From: Iphione sp. A-MEVVRFRX5
Taxonomy: Eukaryota
Direction of reading: 5' to 3'
NCBI GenBank assembly: GCA_976226885.1
Contig: OZ320315.1
Coordinates: forward strand, 58,652,001 to 58,716,000
DNA length: 64,000 nucleotides
This document shows, one piece after another, positions 61,301 through 64,000 of the stretch (position 1 is the first letter of the stretch; each line of letters begins with the position of its first letter). The notes beneath the pieces are model-generated. The model had not been told where the DNA came from, searched no databases, and was given only the letters and a program-made list of their open reading frames with translations. The position numbers were made by a program, and so were the translations under genes.

Positions 61301-62889
61301 AACTGGTAAATCTAATTGTAAATGGTTTCATAATCGAAGCCTACACTTGGTCTTGTTACTAACAAGATGCTATTGTGAATTAGCAGTAAGACATAACTTG
61401 TTCTCATGCCATCCATTATTGACTTCAAAGGGACTTTTTCTAATCGGAAAGGGATGCTCGGAATGTTCTGAGAAATCCAATTTGGATTAGATTATAATTC
61501 CTCTGCTAATGTAGTATTTCCACTTGCTTCACGCAATATTCGTCTTTAGCAGCGAGTGACAACGCCTGAATGGATTCATTATATTCATTGAGGTGGTCCT
61601 TTAGTAGATGGAGGCTCCTTTCAAGTGGTATTGTTTGGTCCCATTAAGACTATTACTCAATTCCTTTTATAACGACAGAAACTGGCAGATCACGTCTATG
61701 TAGGCGTCAGCCCCTCCGTTGTCCATGCTCTGTATCCCTGAAGCCGAAACTCTGAGGAACTCCTGGTACTACCGAGTATATAGCATGAACTGGAAATTAT
61801 GCCTTGGTCCGCATCTTTCCAGACCATCTTACTACAGAATTATATCAGAAACTATCCGACTGTTTTAATGGCAGTTAATTGAGTACAGATATCTCCACGA
61901 TTCGATTTTATCGTGTAAGCTGGGTCATCAAAATGAATTTATGCTATACAAAGATTGCACGCATCTTATCAAGCGACGGGTATCCCCAGCTATGTAAATA
62001 TTGTTTCAAATCGGTTGCTATATGTATCTTATAACACAATTATAACACTTCACATACTGTCGGCCCCCCCTACCGGACCCATCCCTTCCGGAATATCATC
62101 ATAACCGGAGGGTATTTGAATTACCAATTGTTTTTCTCTAAAAATTGTACTATTTAACCGGAGACCCCCTCTCCGTATTCGAACGAAATTTAGCTACATT
62201 TTTGAGCATTTAAAATAGGAAATACACTCAGTTAACTGGACTAGAGCGAACAAAGGAAAAATGTCAGGGAATTTTGACATTTTCTCCATGGAATATGCCT
62301 CAATCTCCATGAATTTTGCCGTTTTTTGTCACATTCTGTATTTAGTGTACAGAGCACGAAGAATATGTAGAAAGGGTGTTCGCCCTGTGCCTATTTTGCA
62401 GGTCTAGTCAAAACATATTTGCCTTTTTTGTATTTATGGACTAGTTGGACATGAGTGGTGGTTGATATGTCTTTGCAGACCGGTGCCACGCTCTAGTGAC
62501 CGTCTTGCTAAGCGGGGTAGTCGCAGGCTTGGTACCGGGATGCGCTATTGTGCCACTGACCTCAAATTTCCAGCCAACCATTGCTTCGGTGCGACGCGTT
62601 CTGAGGCAGCCAAGGACGCCAGTGATTCATCAATCATTTCCTAATACCTCGATGCATAGCGTCGGCAATACCCATCATGGAATAAGCCCTTTGGAATCGG
62701 TAGAAAGGACAAATCCTCGCCTATCGACACGAAACCACACCCCACTGGCTCCGGGGCGCTCCGTCCGTCGCGCGGTCGGCGGTTCCAATTGACATACCTC
62801 AATCCACAGGGCTTCATGATACAGTCCCTCCCAATAACAACAACGAGGTAAAAACACGAACAGAATACGTCAGATACAATTCATCATCA

Positions 62890-62916
62890 GCGCATGCGCA
62901 TCGATACGCCGGAAGT
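62890..62916. promoter_or_regulatory. Possible promoter element pair (NRF1-type and ETS/GABP-type motifs)
   Basis: GCGCATGCGC (62890-99) lies 9 nt from CCGGAAGT (62909-16), beside a CpG-rich patch. Motif-only evidence. Confidence 0.3.
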
Positions 62917-63943
62917 GGACCGACCTCCGGCAGGGATGACATGAGATGAGTCGGAAATAAATCATGGCTCACATCTCTCATAAAAAATATCATTTTTAAT
63001 GTGAGCGGAGACTGCTCGCCTTCATGTTCTTCCCTCAAATACTATGTAATACCCTCTCTTAATAAAATTAATTGAAATGTTTCTCATATACATCCATATC
63101 AATAAATTCCAATTCGATCGCCAGCTCTCGGCAGGGTCTGTCCTTAAATAAGTAGATATTAAGAACAAGTTCCAATAGATTATAATGAAAGAGAGGCCAA
63201 TGCCATTTGAGGTGACATTGTAATATAGAGTAGGGGGAGAGCTTTCAACAAATAGTCCGTGGAGTAATGCTGTGCAGTCAATAACTCTTTCCTCTCTATA
63301 TTTTACCCACCGGCAAAAGTAGTCTCGCAAAGTGGCTGGTGTGTGACTGCTGATGCGGGAAGATCCCACAACCGTCTCTCCGTCGCGTGGCGAGCCGTTA
63401 TGACGGTGCCTTTGAGGCAGTTAGACGCGACAGTCGTTAATGCCCTACACTCTGCTGTCTTAACGAATCATTCCTGTCAACTGATATTCAAAACCTTTCC
63501 TGTTCGCCGAGCTATTTTTGAAGGATGCCTCCAGATAACTAGGACCGAGCACCGGAAGCCTGTTTTCTTTGATAAATACTAAGTGAGGGAAAACCAGGCA
63601 CATTTTGCCTTCTAGAAATGGTCTATGTAACATTGCCACGTATTTTTTTAGATGACTTCAGATCAACCCAAGTGGGAGAAGTCCCTTGCCGTCAAGTGCC
63701 AACCTAGTAAATACATTCTCTGCTGTGTAATCAGAACACAAGTAGCCAACAGTCACATGGGCATAAGATTTATCAACGATGAGTAGATTTCTTTTTTAAA
63801 ACTGCAGACGAGGTGCGACCTAACAAAAACACAACTATATCAAGGATACGGAAAGGCACTGAGTGTCAATTCGGCGCGGCGTCTGTTGGCGTTTGTTGAG
63901 CATTTCCCGTTGGTTCGACATGGAGATGAACAGCTGGGAGGCA

Positions 63944-63971
<28 letters not shown>
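63944..63971. repeat. (AT)14 microsatellite
   Basis: Direct count. Confidence 0.95.
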
Positions 63972-63974
<3 letters not shown>

Positions 63975-64000
63975 GGAGGAAACGAAGGAACTAATCTGCT

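Overview
Eukaryotic, mostly AT-rich genomic DNA with no recognisable host protein-coding gene, RNA gene or CRISPR array. It looks like an animal genome, probably a marine invertebrate (inference). The window is dominated by mobile DNA. (1) A young, essentially full-length 9.6-kb Ty3/Gypsy LTR retrotransposon lies on the minus strand (12439-22054), with near-identical LTRs, a TTAT target-site duplication (TSD), a tRNA-Leu primer-binding site (PBS) and a polypurine tract (PPT). It has a GGGAAAC-plus-hairpin -1 frameshift between gag and pol. Its pol frame continues for about 3.8 kb past integrase. That env-position region has its own branch point and splice acceptor with an AUG 11 nt downstream, two C2H2 zinc fingers, and a single UGA in a UGA-CGG-CUA readthrough-type context. 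(2) A 1.7-kb insertion (4639-6353) is flanked by a 14-bp direct repeat, encodes a two-C2H2-finger protein, and ends in a Penelope-type hammerhead ribozyme plus AATAAA, but has no reverse transcriptase (RT). (3) An old, heavily decayed CR1/L2-type LINE spans about 7900-11900. (4) There are three MITE-like elements and several mini- and microsatellites. The octamer TACATGTA is strongly enriched outside the Gypsy. The two zinc-finger-carrying retroelements are the best candidates for undescribed biology. All calls are from manual reading; no database searches or folding programs were run.
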